Shown here in pieces: positions 1 to 9,075 of a DNA stretch of 64,000 nucleotides. The DNA comes from Verrucomicrobiia bacterium. Its GTDB lineage: Bacteria; Verrucomicrobiota; Verrucomicrobiia; Palsa-1439. How positions within the stretch are numbered: position 1 is the first letter of the stretch; each line of letters begins with the position of its first letter. Where the stretch lies: assembly GCA_050015495.1 (NCBI GenBank), contig JBEKBH010000001.1, positions 28,284 through 92,283 on the forward strand, given 5' to 3'. Made by a program: the position numbers and the translations under genes. The notes below the pieces were generated by a model, which made no database searches, was not told the DNA's origin, and saw nothing but the letters and a program-made list of their open reading frames with translations.

Positions 1-137
1 TCCGTCGCCCGCGCCAACAGGTACGCCAGCGAGATTTGCGGTCGAATCTCGGGTGGCAAAACGCGTAGCGTGAGGTAAAACGAGCGCGACACGTCGCGCA
101 GCAACGGGCCGATCAATTCTGTTTGCGTGGTCGCCAT
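1..137 (-). CDS. Partial CDS (5' end only, runs off the window): squalene/phytoene synthase family protein (HpnC/HpnD-like)
   Basis: Reverse-strand translation from ATG (rc at 135-137) reads MATTQTELIGPLLRDVSRSFYLTLRVLPPEIRPQISLAYLLARATD. This matches the conserved N-terminus of the squalene/phytoene synthase family. The ORF is open to the window edge. Confidence 0.5.
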   Translation of the reverse strand, partial: MATTQTELIGPLLRDVSRSFYLTLRVLPPEIRPQISLAYLLARAT

Positions 138-282
138 CGGCGACGGACACGATAAGGCCGCGAGACTCGCGCGGCAAGCCAACAAGAGGCAACTAGGAAT
201 CTCATGTCGCCGGCACTGACCACGAACACACCGTCCGCCCTCCTCTCTTGCAGTTTCCCCCGACCCGTCACATACTCGACCC

Positions 283-1005
283 ATGCGGAGGCGAAACTTT
301 GCGCAAATCCTGTGCGGACTGACCCTGGCACTCGCCGTCAATTCCGCGCGCGCCGATTCAACCAACGCGCCACCCATCGCCCGTGATCCCCGCTACCCGG
401 CCCGCTGGTGGACACCCGTGCCGACCAACAACGTGCCCGCATGGGAAATTCTGCCGCAGGAAGCCGGCCCCGGCGAAGTGATCCTCTCGAAACGCAACGA
501 GCTCGGCTTGCTCTCCAATTTCGCGCCCACACCTTTCACCTTCCACGGCAAACGTTACGCCAGCCTCGAAGGCTTCTGGCAGATGATGAAGTACCCCGAG
601 GGCGCTGACGATTCGCGAGCGACATTTCCGGGTTTGGAATGGAAATTCACGCGCGACCAGGTCGGACAACTCACCGCGTTCGACGCGAAGCACGCCGGCG
701 ATCTCGCCAACGAGAACATGAAAAAGATGGGCATCACGTGGGTCACGTTCGAGGGCAAACGCATCGAGTACAGGCCCGCCACACCCGGCGAGCACTATCA
801 ATTGATCGTGGAAGCGACGCGCGAGAAAATCCGCCAGAATCCCGAAGTCCAAAAAGTCTTGCTCGCCACCGGTAATCTCGTGTTAAAGCCCGACCATCAT
901 CAAGAACCCGACGCGCCCGCCGCGTGGCATTACTTCGACATTCTGATGATGATCCGCGGCGAATTGCAGAAGCCTAGCTACAGCCCTGCCTCTCAGTCTC
1001 GCTGA
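283..1005 (+). CDS. Secreted NADAR-domain (YbiA/DUF1768-like) protein with N-terminal signal peptide
   Basis: 240-aa ORF. The signal-like N-terminus is MRRRNFAQILCGLTLALAVNSARA. The motif GLLSNFAPTPFTFHGKRYASLEGFWQMMKY is typical of NADAR/YbiA-family proteins. Confidence 0.65.
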   Translation: MRRRNFAQILCGLTLALAVNSARADSTNAPPIARDPRYPARWWTPVPTNNVPAWEILPQEAGPGEVILSKRNELGLLSNFAPTPFTFHGKRYASLEGFWQMMKYPEGADDSRATFPGLEWKFTRDQVGQLTAFDAKHAGDLANENMKKMGITWVTFEGKRIEYRPATPGEHYQLIVEATREKIRQNPEVQKVLLATGNLVLKPDHHQEPDAPAAWHYFDILMMIRGELQKPSYSPASQSR

Positions 1006-1547
1006 TACGTTCCGACCAATTCCGTCTGCGCGAGGATATGTCCCTTCATCGCGGCGTCCAATTGGTGGCGCGTTACGCGCGGCGCGAGTTTCAATTCCGC
1101 ATCCAACGCATACAGCCGAAAATGATAGTGATGCACCCCATGCCCGCGCGGCGGACACGGCCCGCCGTAACCGACTCGTCCAAAATCGTTCATGCCCTGC
1201 TTCACACCGCTCAGCGCGGCAACCGTATCGGTTTTCGCAACGCTTTCTGGCAGTTCCGTCATGGTCGACGGAATCGCGTACGCCACCCAATGGATCCACG
1301 TCCCGCCAGGCGCATCGGGATCGTCCGCTATCAGCGCAAAACTTTTCGTCCCCGCCGGTGCGCCTTCCCATTTCAACGTCGGCGATGCATCCTCGCCTTC
1401 GCACGAAAACTTGGCCGGCATCGGCTGGTTATTCCGAAAGCTCGGGCTGGTCAGAGTCAATTGCGACATGGTGGTCTCCTTTCCGTCTCCGCGCGCCCAA
1501 AGGCACGCGCTCAGCACTATCGCGATAACACACGCACTCGTTCTCAT
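993..1547 (-). CDS. YbhB/YbcL-family phosphatidylethanolamine-binding (PEBP/Raf-kinase-inhibitor-like) protein, secreted
   Basis: The C-terminal 184 aa of the longer ORF hold the conserved block. It begins FSCEGEDASPTLKWEGAPAGTKSFALIADDPDAPGG and ends with the HHYHFRLYALD motif of bacterial PEBP proteins. The ATG at rc 1545-1547 is preceded by GGAGGAGG and followed by a signal-like stretch MRTSACVIAIVLSACLWA. The longer 421-aa track ORF is an upstream extension in GC-rich DNA. Confidence 0.8.
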   Translation of the reverse strand: MRTSACVIAIVLSACLWARGDGKETTMSQLTLTSPSFRNNQPMPAKFSCEGEDASPTLKWEGAPAGTKSFALIADDPDAPGGTWIHWVAYAIPSTMTELPESVAKTDTVAALSGVKQGMNDFGRVGYGGPCPPRGHGVHHYHFRLYALDAELKLAPRVTRHQLDAAMKGHILAQTELVGTYQRD

Positions 1548-1848
1548 CGCGCTCTCCTCCTCCCGCATTCTCCCCCAAACGTTTTCGTCGCGCAAGTTCT
1601 GCTTGCAAATCGCTCGCCGCCGCGTATATTCACGCCCAGCATCAGGAGTGTCCCGAAGAATTTCGGGACTGCCAACCGAGGCCGGAGCGCCTACGGTGGC
1701 TTCTCCGAGGCAGGCTGCCCCGGAGGATGTGCGGCCCCGAATGGTTTCCGGCCGAACAATCCGCTCCGCGCAATTGACCGCGCTCGCTGATGCGAACGCG
1801 GTTTTTGTTTTCCCTGATGCCGACAGGTTGTTAACGTAGGCGGATTCC

Positions 1849-4800
1849 ATGGGCAATCGCGACGAACGTACCAAGCTGCTGACCGCATTGCTGGACGAAC
1901 GCATCCTCGTGCTCGATGGCGCGATGGGCACGATGATCCAGCAGCGCAACCTTTCTGCCGACGACTTTGGCGGCCCCGCGCTCGAGGGCTGCAACGAAAA
2001 CCTCGTGCTCACGCGGCCCGACGTGATTCTCGACATCCATCGCCAGTACTTCGAGGCGGGCGCGGACATCGTCGAGACCGACACGTTCGGCGGCACGCCG
2101 CTCGTGCTCAACGAATACGGCCTCGCCGACAAATGTTTCGCACTCAATGCCACCGCAGCGAAACTCGCGCGCCAAGCCGCCGCCGAGTTCTCGACCCCGG
2201 CGAAGCCGCGCTTCGTCGCCGCGTCCATCGGCCCGACCACGAAAGCCATCACGGTCACGGGCGGTGTGACGTTCGCGCAATTGATCGACCATTTCTATCA
2301 ACAGGTCCGCGGACTCGCTGAAGGCGGCGCCGACATCCTCCTCGTCGAAACCTGCCAGGACACGCGCAACATCAAGGCCGCGCTCATCGGCATCCAGCAG
2401 GCCTTCGACGAACTCGGTTATAAACTTCCGATCATGGTCTCGGGCACGATCGAACCCATGGGCACGATGCTCGCCGGCCAGGCCGCCGACGCCCTCGTCG
2501 CGTCGCTCCAGCACGTCGACCTGCTCAGCATCGGCCTCAACTGTGCGACCGGTCCCGAATTCATGACCGATCACATCCGCACCATCCATCAGATGGCCAA
2601 CACGCGCGTCTCCTGCTATCCCAACGCAGGTTTGCCGAACGAGGAAGGTCTGTACCTCGAAACGCCGACCTCGCTGGCGTCGGCGTTGGAGCGGTTCGTG
2701 AAAAACGGCTGGCTCAACATCGTCGGCGGCTGTTGCGGCACCACGCCGCCCCACATTAAAGCCATCGCGCAGATGGTCGACGGCAAACCCCCGCGCACAT
2801 TCCGGGCCGCGCGCAAATCCTGGTACACCGGCATCGAACTCGTCGAGGCGACCGACGACAATCGCCCGCTCATCGTCGGCGAGCGCACCAACGAGGTCGG
2901 CTCGCGCGCGTTCAAGCGCCTTATCACCGACGAGAAATTCGAAGAAGCCACCGAGATCGCCCGCGCCCAGGTCAAGAGCGGCGCACACATCATTGACATC
3001 AACCTCGAAAACACCGACCGCGACGAGTTGGCCGACATCGACCGCTTTTACGAGAAGGTCATTCACAAGGTCAAAGTGCCGTTCATGATCGATACGACGA
3101 ACGCTCGCGCCATCGAGCGCGCGCTCACGTATTGCCTCGGCAAAAGCATCATCAACTCGATCAATTTCGAGGACGGCGAGGAAAAATTCCACAAAGTCCT
3201 GCCGCTCGTAAAGAAGTTCGGCGCGGCCATCGTCATCGGTTCCATCGACGAGGACAAACTCCAGGCCCAGGCCATCACGCGCGAACGCAAACTCGCCGTC
3301 GCCCGGCGCGCCCGGGATTATTGCGTCGAGCGCGGGATCGCGGAAGAGGATTTGATCTTTGACGCGCTCGTGTTCCCGTGCGCCACCGGCGACGAGAACT
3401 ACATCGGCAGCGCCGTCGAGACCATCGAGGGCGTGCGCCTGATCAAACAAGCCCTGCCCAAATGCAAGACCGTCCTCGGCGTGAGCAACGTCAGTTTCGG
3501 TCTGCCGCCCGCCGCGCGCGAGGTCATCAATTCCGTCTTCCTCTATCACGCGACGAAAGCAGGTCTCGACCTCGCCATCGTCAACGCCGAGAAACTGGAG
3601 CGTTACGCCACGATTCCCGACAAGGAAAAGAAGCTCGTCGAACATCTTCTCTGGAACCTGCCGTTCGCCGGCTTCGATGCGCCCGACGATTACCGCCAGC
3701 AGACCCGCGAACAGCGCATCGCGATCAACCAGCATCACATCGCCGCCATCAATGAGCATTTTCGCACCGCCGAGAGCCGCGTCAAAAAGAAAACGTCGGA
3801 CCTCCCGCTGAATGGTCGCCTCGCCAATTACATCCTCGAAGGCTCGAAGGAAGGTCTCATCGACGATCTCAACCTCAAGCTGAAGGAAGCCGCGCCGCTC
3901 GACATCATCAACGGCCCGCTCATGGACGGGATGAAAGAGGTCGGCCGCCTGTTCAACGCCAACGAGTTGATCGTCGCCGAGGTGCTGCAAAGCGCCGAGG
4001 CCATGAAAGCCGCCGTCGCGCACCTCGAACAATTCATGGAGAAGAAAGCCGATTCGACGAAGGGCAAGGTCCTCCTCGCCACCGTCAAGGGCGACGTGCA
4101 CGACATCGGCAAGAACCTCGTCGAGATCATCCTCTCGAACAACGGGTTCAATGTCATCAATCTCGGCATTAAAGTCCCGCCCGAGGACCTGATCAAGGCC
4201 TACCGCGAGCACAAGCCCGACGCGATCGGCTTGTCCGGCCTGCTCGTCAAAAGCGCCCAGCAAATGGTCATCACCGCGGGCGACCTGAAACAGGCGGGCA
4301 TCACCGTCCCGTTGCTCGTCGGCGGCGCCGCGCTCAGCGACAAGTTTACCCGCACCCGTATCTCGCCCAGCTACGAGCGCGTCGTCGTCTATTGCAAGGA
4401 CGCCATGACCGGCCTGTCGATCATGAACCGGCTCATGGACCCCGCCGAACGCGACAAACTCGCCGTGGAACATGCCCCATCTGGAGGGCCACGCTCCGTC
4501 GTGGCCGCTGTAGACGAATTCCCGGAAACCACGCAGCGCAGTTCGCGCGTGCGGATCCTGCCGCCGCGCCCCGCGCCGTACGCCGACCGCAAAGTGCGCG
4601 ACGTGCCGCAGCTCCGCGAGATTTGGGAATACATCAACCCCCAGATGCTCTACGTCCGCCATCTCGGGTTCAAATCCAATTTCGAGAAGGCGCTCGCCGC
4701 CCGCGACCCGAAAGCGCTGGAATTGGCGAGCCTCGTCGACGACGTGAAAGCCGAGGCCGCCAAATTCATGAAGGTCAAAGCCGTCTGGCAATTCTTCGAT

Positions 4801-5493
4801 GCCGAAGCGGCGGGTAATTCGATTAAACTCTTTACCGCCGGAAGTTGTCATTCTGAGCGAAGCGAAGAATCTCAGTCGTCCGGGAAAACGACAGAGACCC
4901 TTCGACAAGCTCAGGGTGACAGATCGGAGAAAGCGGTGTCACTCCATACCTTCCATTTCCACCGTCAGCGGAAGCCGGATGGGCTTTGCCTGTCCGATTA
5001 CGTCATGCCTCCGGCTCGTTCCCCTCGCCCCTCGGGGGGAGAGGGTCAGGGTGAGGGGGTGCTCGTCCGTGATTCGACTGCCCTCTTCGTCGTTGGCGCG
5101 GGCGCCGGCATCCGCCACCGCGCCGAGGAATACAAAGCCAAAGGCGAATACCTCAAATCGCACGCCCTGCAAGCGCTCGCCATCGAGACCGCCGAAGGCT
5201 GCGCCGAATGGCTCCATCGCCGAATCCGTGAGGACTGGGGGTTCCCCGATCCCGCCGACACGACCATGATCGACCGTTTCCAGGCCCGCTACCAGGGCAA
5301 ACGCTACAGCTTCGGCTACCCCGCCTGCCCCGCCCTCGAGGATCAGGCCGGGATTTGGAAATTATTGAGGCCGGAGGACATTGGTGTTCAACTCACGGAA
5401 GGGTTTATGATGGACCCAGAGGCGTCGGTGAGTGCGCTGGTGTTTCACCATCCCGATTGCACGTATTTTGGTGTGGGAGATGTGACGGAATGA
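1849..5493 (+). CDS. metH: Cobalamin-dependent methionine synthase MetH (Hcy-binding, pterin-binding, B12-binding and AdoMet activation domains)
   Basis: A 1214-aa ORF carries the expected MetH domain order. The N-terminus reads LDGAMGTMIQ, with GLNCATGP and GGCCGTTP in the Hcy-binding domain. The B12-binding region includes VKGDVHDIGKNLV, and the C-terminus has GYPACPALEDQ in the activation domain. Two short in-frame repeat-derived insertions sit in the activation domain (see the repeat features). Confidence 0.95.
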   Translation: MGNRDERTKLLTALLDERILVLDGAMGTMIQQRNLSADDFGGPALEGCNENLVLTRPDVILDIHRQYFEAGADIVETDTFGGTPLVLNEYGLADKCFALNATAAKLARQAAAEFSTPAKPRFVAASIGPTTKAITVTGGVTFAQLIDHFYQQVRGLAEGGADILLVETCQDTRNIKAALIGIQQAFDELGYKLPIMVSGTIEPMGTMLAGQAADALVASLQHVDLLSIGLNCATGPEFMTDHIRTIHQMANTRVSCYPNAGLPNEEGLYLETPTSLASALERFVKNGWLNIVGGCCGTTPPHIKAIAQMVDGKPPRTFRAARKSWYTGIELVEATDDNRPLIVGERTNEVGSRAFKRLITDEKFEEATEIARAQVKSGAHIIDINLENTDRDELADIDRFYEKVIHKVKVPFMIDTTNARAIERALTYCLGKSIINSINFEDGEEKFHKVLPLVKKFGAAIVIGSIDEDKLQAQAITRERKLAVARRARDYCVERGIAEEDLIFDALVFPCATGDENYIGSAVETIEGVRLIKQALPKCKTVLGVSNVSFGLPPAAREVINSVFLYHATKAGLDLAIVNAEKLERYATIPDKEKKLVEHLLWNLPFAGFDAPDDYRQQTREQRIAINQHHIAAINEHFRTAESRVKKKTSDLPLNGRLANYILEGSKEGLIDDLNLKLKEAAPLDIINGPLMDGMKEVGRLFNANELIVAEVLQSAEAMKAAVAHLEQFMEKKADSTKGKVLLATVKGDVHDIGKNLVEIILSNNGFNVINLGIKVPPEDLIKAYREHKPDAIGLSGLLVKSAQQMVITAGDLKQAGITVPLLVGGAALSDKFTRTRISPSYERVVVYCKDAMTGLSIMNRLMDPAERDKLAVEHAPSGGPRSVVAAVDEFPETTQRSSRVRILPPRPAPYADRKVRDVPQLREIWEYINPQMLYVRHLGFKSNFEKALAARDPKALELASLVDDVKAEAAKFMKVKAVWQFFDAEAAGNSIKLFTAGSCHSERSEESQSSGKTTETLRQAQGDRSEKAVSLHTFHFHRQRKPDGLCLSDYVMPPARSPRPSGGEGQGEGVLVRDSTALFVVGAGAGIRHRAEEYKAKGEYLKSHALQALAIETAEGCAEWLHRRIREDWGFPDPADTTMIDRFQARYQGKRYSFGYPACPALEDQAGIWKLLRPEDIGVQLTEGFMMDPEASVSALVFHHPDCTYFGVGDVTE
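4845..4940. repeat. Miniature inverted-repeat element (core GTCATTCTGAGCGAAGCGAAGAATC) inserted in-frame in metH
   Basis: Imperfect terminal inverted repeats are gtcattctgagcgaagc (left) and gacaagctcagggtgac (right). The three-frame translations give the recognisable CHSERSEESQ / VILSEAKNL peptides. In the MetH frame the element encodes SCHSERSEESQSSGKTTETLRQAQGDRSEKAV, an extra ~30 aa relative to the canonical MetH activation-domain loop. Confidence 0.55.
5022..5059. repeat. GC-rich miniature repeat (CTCGCCCCTCGGGGGGAGAGGGTCAGGGTGAGGGG family) inserted in-frame in metH
   Basis: It is the same family as the intergenic copy at 16743-16779 (ctcgccccttcagggagaggattaaggtgagggg). In metH it encodes RSPRPSGGEGQGEG, inserted between conserved blocks LCLSDYVMPPA and VLVRDSTALF. 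Confidence 0.6.
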
Positions 5494-6875
5494 ATGATTT
5501 GCCGACTGAACTTGTTCCGAGATTTCGGACTGATAGGCCGAATGAAACCGTCAAGGTCATAGCCGACCGGATGTCGTTGATCCGCGATGACGAGGTGCTC
5601 CTCTCGGGGGATGGGGAGATCGAAATGTGCTGGCTGCCTAGCCCGGGCGTACGTTTTTCCATAAAGAGGAAGTCGGAATATCCGCATGAATTCTTCAAAT
5701 ATTTGGGCGATCCCATTCCGCAGGGGTGCAAGATCGTTCTTGAGTCTTCTGGCAAGAGGTTACCCGTTTTTGTCACCAGCCATAGCTTTCCCGAGGGATT
5801 CAGGATGTATCACGGACGTGTCCAAGACGATGCGATTCCAAGCACCTTTGAGATTAAGGAAGCGACGTTCCATTTGGCGAACTTTAAAGCCGTTTTGTGT
5901 GAGGCAGTTGCATATCAGCAAGGGGGTGGCTCGCGGCTGGGTCGCTTCCGATTGGAGGCAGACGGATGGACGATTATTGTGGATGACATCCAAAACGGCG
6001 GACGGCACGGCGATTTGGAGAAGCAGCTGGATGCACAGGGCGGTTACGCGATTACGCACGTAGGGCGAATTGCACGAGCAGACGGCGGGGCTTTTACGGG
6101 TGACCAATGTACTGTTCTGCACGACAGGCTGTTTTGGTTCTTCTCGTTCTGTCGTTGCTGCAAAACAGGTCCCATCCTTGTGGGGCTAACCGGGAAGAAC
6201 GAGAACGAGAACCGGCTATCGCTGGTGGAGCGTTCGGTCAGCAGCTGGCAGTATCGCTCGAGCTGGGTGCCGGAAACCGAATTTCAAGTTCTCCCGTTGC
6301 TGTTTCCGGGTTTCCTCAAACGGATAAATGAACCCTCTTGGTCGGACACGATAGCATACGCGATTCATTGGTATTTGGAAGTGCACGATCAGTCGGGAGC
6401 TATCCAAGGGGCAATTGTGTTCGGTCAGACGGCCCTCGAAATGTTAGGCTGGAGTCTACTGGTTGATGACCTTCGAAATATAAGTCGTGAAGGCTACGAT
6501 AAGTTACCGGCAAGTGATAAGATTCGCCTGCTCTTGACCACAGTCGGTGTACCTCGGGAAATCCCGCTGTCTTTCACGAGGCTCTTGCAGGCGGCAAAAG
6601 CGGAGAACTGGCAAGACGGTCCGGACGCTGTTTCAGGGATTCGCAATCGAATAGTCCATTCAAGCGCGGATAAGCGTAAGGCTCTAAGCAGGGTAGAGTT
6701 CTCGGCCATCTGTGAGGCTTGGGAGCTCTGTCTTTGGTACAACGAGCTTACGCTTTTGCGTCTGTTCGATTATTCCGGCCAGTATTTCGACAGGACACGG
6801 AGCGCGAAATACCGATCGGAGGGACACGCGCCCGTGCCTTGGGCCGCAAACGGTCAGGTGGGCAAGCCCTTATGA
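5490..6875 (+). CDS. Hypothetical 461-aa protein with a C-terminal RN-x3-H (HEPN-like) motif, ApeA-like architecture; candidate abortive-infection/toxin gene
   Basis: The ATG at 5490 overlaps the metH TGA (ATGA overlap). The gene has visibly lower GC than its flanks. The C-terminal region has GIRNRIVHSSADKRKAL, which fits the HEPN R-x4-6-H signature. The N-terminal ~300 aa have no motif I recognise. The ApeA N-terminal-domain plus HEPN architecture is named from memory. Confidence 0.6.
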   Translation: MNDLPTELVPRFRTDRPNETVKVIADRMSLIRDDEVLLSGDGEIEMCWLPSPGVRFSIKRKSEYPHEFFKYLGDPIPQGCKIVLESSGKRLPVFVTSHSFPEGFRMYHGRVQDDAIPSTFEIKEATFHLANFKAVLCEAVAYQQGGGSRLGRFRLEADGWTIIVDDIQNGGRHGDLEKQLDAQGGYAITHVGRIARADGGAFTGDQCTVLHDRLFWFFSFCRCCKTGPILVGLTGKNENENRLSLVERSVSSWQYRSSWVPETEFQVLPLLFPGFLKRINEPSWSDTIAYAIHWYLEVHDQSGAIQGAIVFGQTALEMLGWSLLVDDLRNISREGYDKLPASDKIRLLLTTVGVPREIPLSFTRLLQAAKAENWQDGPDAVSGIRNRIVHSSADKRKALSRVEFSAICEAWELCLWYNELTLLRLFDYSGQYFDRTRSAKYRSEGHAPVPWAANGQVGKPL

Positions 6876-6978
6876 GGCATCGGGGTCACGTCTAATCATT
6901 GGTACATTTGCAACTCTGCCCCTTTGAACACCGCCACGCGCGGATCAACCACTTCCCGGTTGCTCGGAGCACATCGGC

Positions 6979-7242
6979 TCAACGGAAGTACAGCTTCTCG
7001 ACAATCACGACGCATAGCGCAATTCCCAATCCCCACAGGGCGCCACAGAACAACAACCATGCCGCCGTGCGTTCCCGCTGCGCCATCTCCTGCGCGTGAA
7101 CTTCCTTGAGATGCGCGATTTCCTGCGCATGACGCTCGTCGGTGGCGCGGGCTTCCTCACGCAGAAGTTCGACGTGTTCCCTGGAGATCGAGCCGCTGCC
7201 GTGCTCTCGAATCAGTTTATCCGCCAATTCCACGAGTGCCAT
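6979..7242 (-). CDS. Small hypothetical protein (87 aa) with C-terminal transmembrane anchor
   Basis: The ATG lies at rc 7240-7242. The protein begins [18 protein letters not shown], has a His/Glu-rich coiled stretch, and ends in the hydrophobic helix [22 protein letters not shown]. The longer 156-aa track ORF is an upstream extension. Confidence 0.35.
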   Translation of the reverse strand: MALVELADKLIREHGSGSISREHVELLREEARATDERHAQEIAHLKEVHAQEMAQRERTAAWLLFCGALWGLGIALCVVIVEKLYFR

Positions 7243-7509
7243 AATGCGGTCCCTCCGATGAGTCGGGGTTGTCGGTTGCCCGGCATCGACCCGAATTCTG
7301 CCACGGGCGGGCCGCTTCCCGAAAGCCAAAACCGGCGGGTCCGCCACCGCGAGCAAGCGCTGTCCCAATCTCCGGGTGGAGGGACGCGCTCCGTCGCGTC
7401 CGCTGATATGAGAGATTACAGACGGCCACGACGGAGCGTGGCCCTCCAAGTCCGGTCATTGCACGGCTTGCAATCGGTTCTGCCTGTCACTACACTTTGC
7501 GTCAAACCC

Positions 7510-8025
7510 ATGAAGAAGACATCCATGACGTTACATCGATTTGCCGCCACACACGGACTCGTTCTCGCGCTTGTCGCTTTTGCGACGGGTTGTTCGCAGA
7601 GCGAGGCGCCCAAACAAGACCAACCGGCGGCGCCACCCGTCGTCGCCACAACATCTCAATCAGTGGCCGCCGTTGCGGCACCTCAACAGGGAGCTACTGT
7701 GACCGAATTGAAAATGGAAGACACCAAGGTCGGCACGGGCGCCGAAGCCGTGACGGGCAAGAGCGTGACGGTCCACTACACGGGCTGGCTCACCGACGGC
7801 ACCAAGTTCGACTCGTCCAAGGACCACGGTCAGCCGTTCACTTTCCAACTGGGTGCTGGTCAGGTCATCAAGGGCTGGGACCAGGGCGTTGTGGGCATGA
7901 AGGTGGGCGGCGTCCGCAAGCTCACCATCCCCGCCAGCCTGGCCTATGGCGACAGGGGCGCGGGCGGCGTGATTCCTCCCGGCGCCACGCTGGTGTTCGA
8001 AGTGGAACTCTTGGGCGTAAACTAA
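7510..8025 (+). CDS. FKBP-type peptidyl-prolyl cis-trans isomerase, lipoprotein
   Basis: The N-terminus [30 protein letters not shown] contains a lipobox. The FKBP domain is shown by [34 protein letters not shown] and [13 protein letters not shown]. Confidence 0.85.
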   Translation: MKKTSMTLHRFAATHGLVLALVAFATGCSQSEAPKQDQPAAPPVVATTSQSVAAVAAPQQGATVTELKMEDTKVGTGAEAVTGKSVTVHYTGWLTDGTKFDSSKDHGQPFTFQLGAGQVIKGWDQGVVGMKVGGVRKLTIPASLAYGDRGAGGVIPPGATLVFEVELLGVN

Positions 8026-8115
8026 TTCCCAGCTACAATGGCGGTTGCCGTGTCGGCAAATCCCGACATCCTCAAGCACGTTATCTTGTAGACTCGTCAA
8101 TCAGGAACACACGAA

Positions 8116-8484
8116 ATGAAGCGAATGGTGATGGTCATGCTGATGGTCTTGGCGTTGGGATGTCACACCCCATCGAAGAAGGAACGCGAACAAGCGACTG
8201 CCGAGCAGCAACTGAAGAAAGAGGAGACAGCCCGTCGCCTGGAATATCTCGAAGCTCATCCCGACCTTTCGCCGGCGGTCAAGAAGGCCATTGCGCATGG
8301 AGATGTTCTGCCCGGAATGACCGAATCCGACGTGCGTGCCTCGATCGGAGAGCCCGACCAAATCGGCAGCACCGAGATGGAACATGGCACCCACGAGCAG
8401 TGGTATTATAAGACCGGCTCGCCCGGCAAGGAATACCTGTATTTCGATGGCGGCACGCTCACCAGTTGGCAATCGGACCATTAG
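8116..8484 (+). CDS. Small lipoprotein with SmpA/OmlA (BamE-like) fold features
   Basis: The N-terminus MKRMVMVMLMVLALGCHTPS contains a lipobox. The motif GMTESDVRASIGEPD resembles the BamE/SmpA_OmlA beta-alpha motif. Confidence 0.5.
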   Translation: MKRMVMVMLMVLALGCHTPSKKEREQATAEQQLKKEETARRLEYLEAHPDLSPAVKKAIAHGDVLPGMTESDVRASIGEPDQIGSTEMEHGTHEQWYYKTGSPGKEYLYFDGGTLTSWQSDH

Positions 8485-8518
8485 CCGCGCCCGCCCAATT
8501 CACCGCAAATTCAGGACC

Positions 8519-8740
8519 TTACGATTCAAATACCGACCGGAGCAACTGCGACTGCCGCACGATGGAAGACATCGTGCCAGACGCCAGTTCACGGTGATTG
8601 GGAACGGGGACGGTGATCGTCGAGCCAGCGACGCGCTTCTGCATGATGACGTGACTACCCCGCTGGCGTACCTGCACAAATCCGTGCTCGGCAAGAATCG
8701 CGCACACCTGTTTGCCAGACAGGACGCGCAGTTTACCCAA
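8519..8740 (-). CDS. hicA: HicA-family toxin (mRNA interferase, YcfA-like)
   Basis: The 73-aa protein reads MGKLRVLSGKQVCAILAEHGFVQVRQRGSHVIMQKR, typical of HicA. It overlaps the upstream hicB by 8 nt. Confidence 0.8.
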   Translation of the reverse strand: MGKLRVLSGKQVCAILAEHGFVQVRQRGSHVIMQKRVAGSTITVPVPNHRELASGTMSSIVRQSQLLRSVFES

Positions 8741-8960
8741 TGGCGACCTCCACCTGCGTCACGTAGGTTTGTTTGTGAAGCCGCTGCTTGATCTCCGCAG
8801 GTGACGCCTCCTCCAAAAACAACTCAACGGCCTCGGCAATGTTCCGCCGCGCTTCCTCGACGTTTCGTCCCTGGCTGGCCACGTCCAATTCGGGACAAAG
8901 CGCCACGAAATACTTGCCCTCTTGCTGAATGATCGCCGTGAAGTGTTTGGTTGCCTTCAT
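8733..8960 (-). CDS. hicB: HicB-family antitoxin (UPF0150)
   Basis: The 75-aa protein reads MKATKHFTAIIQQEGKYFVALCPELDVASQGRNVEEARRNIAEAVELFLE. The ATG at rc 8958-8960 is preceded by a GGAGG ribosome-binding site. The longer 219-aa track ORF is an upstream extension. Confidence 0.8.
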   Translation of the reverse strand: MKATKHFTAIIQQEGKYFVALCPELDVASQGRNVEEARRNIAEAVELFLEEASPAEIKQRLHKQTYVTQVEVAIG

Positions 8961-9075
8961 GTACCTCCAGTATGCAGGAGAATCGCCCAAAACGCAACCC
9001 GCCTTGAGTTCACATCGAGGTTGACCGGATTTATTGTTTTCCCAACGCGAGGCCGCGTGGTCTAATTGCCACACG

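Noticed and set aside
1548-1848. Possible cobalamin or SAM riboswitch in the 300-nt region upstream of metH
   Set aside because: I could not find the B12-box or SAM-I core consensus. Only a simple hairpin, gtcccgaa-gaat-ttcgggac at 1649-1668, is evident. A covariance-model scan would be needed before calling a riboswitch.
993-2258. 421-aa version of the PEBP gene, with a similar 493-aa version of the 26033 ORF, the 219-aa ORF containing hicB, the 834-aa version of the YfhO-like gene and an 82-aa extension of argG
   Set aside because: In each case the conserved domain starts at an internal Met that follows a ribosome-binding site or a stop-start overlap. The upstream extension is low-complexity GC-rich translation.
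1831-4908. 1025-aa ORF on the minus strand antisense to metH
   Set aside because: Long antisense ORFs are expected in a 65% GC genome. The protein is low-complexity, rich in Arg, Gly, Asp and Val, with no recognisable motifs. The sense strand encodes an unmistakable MetH.
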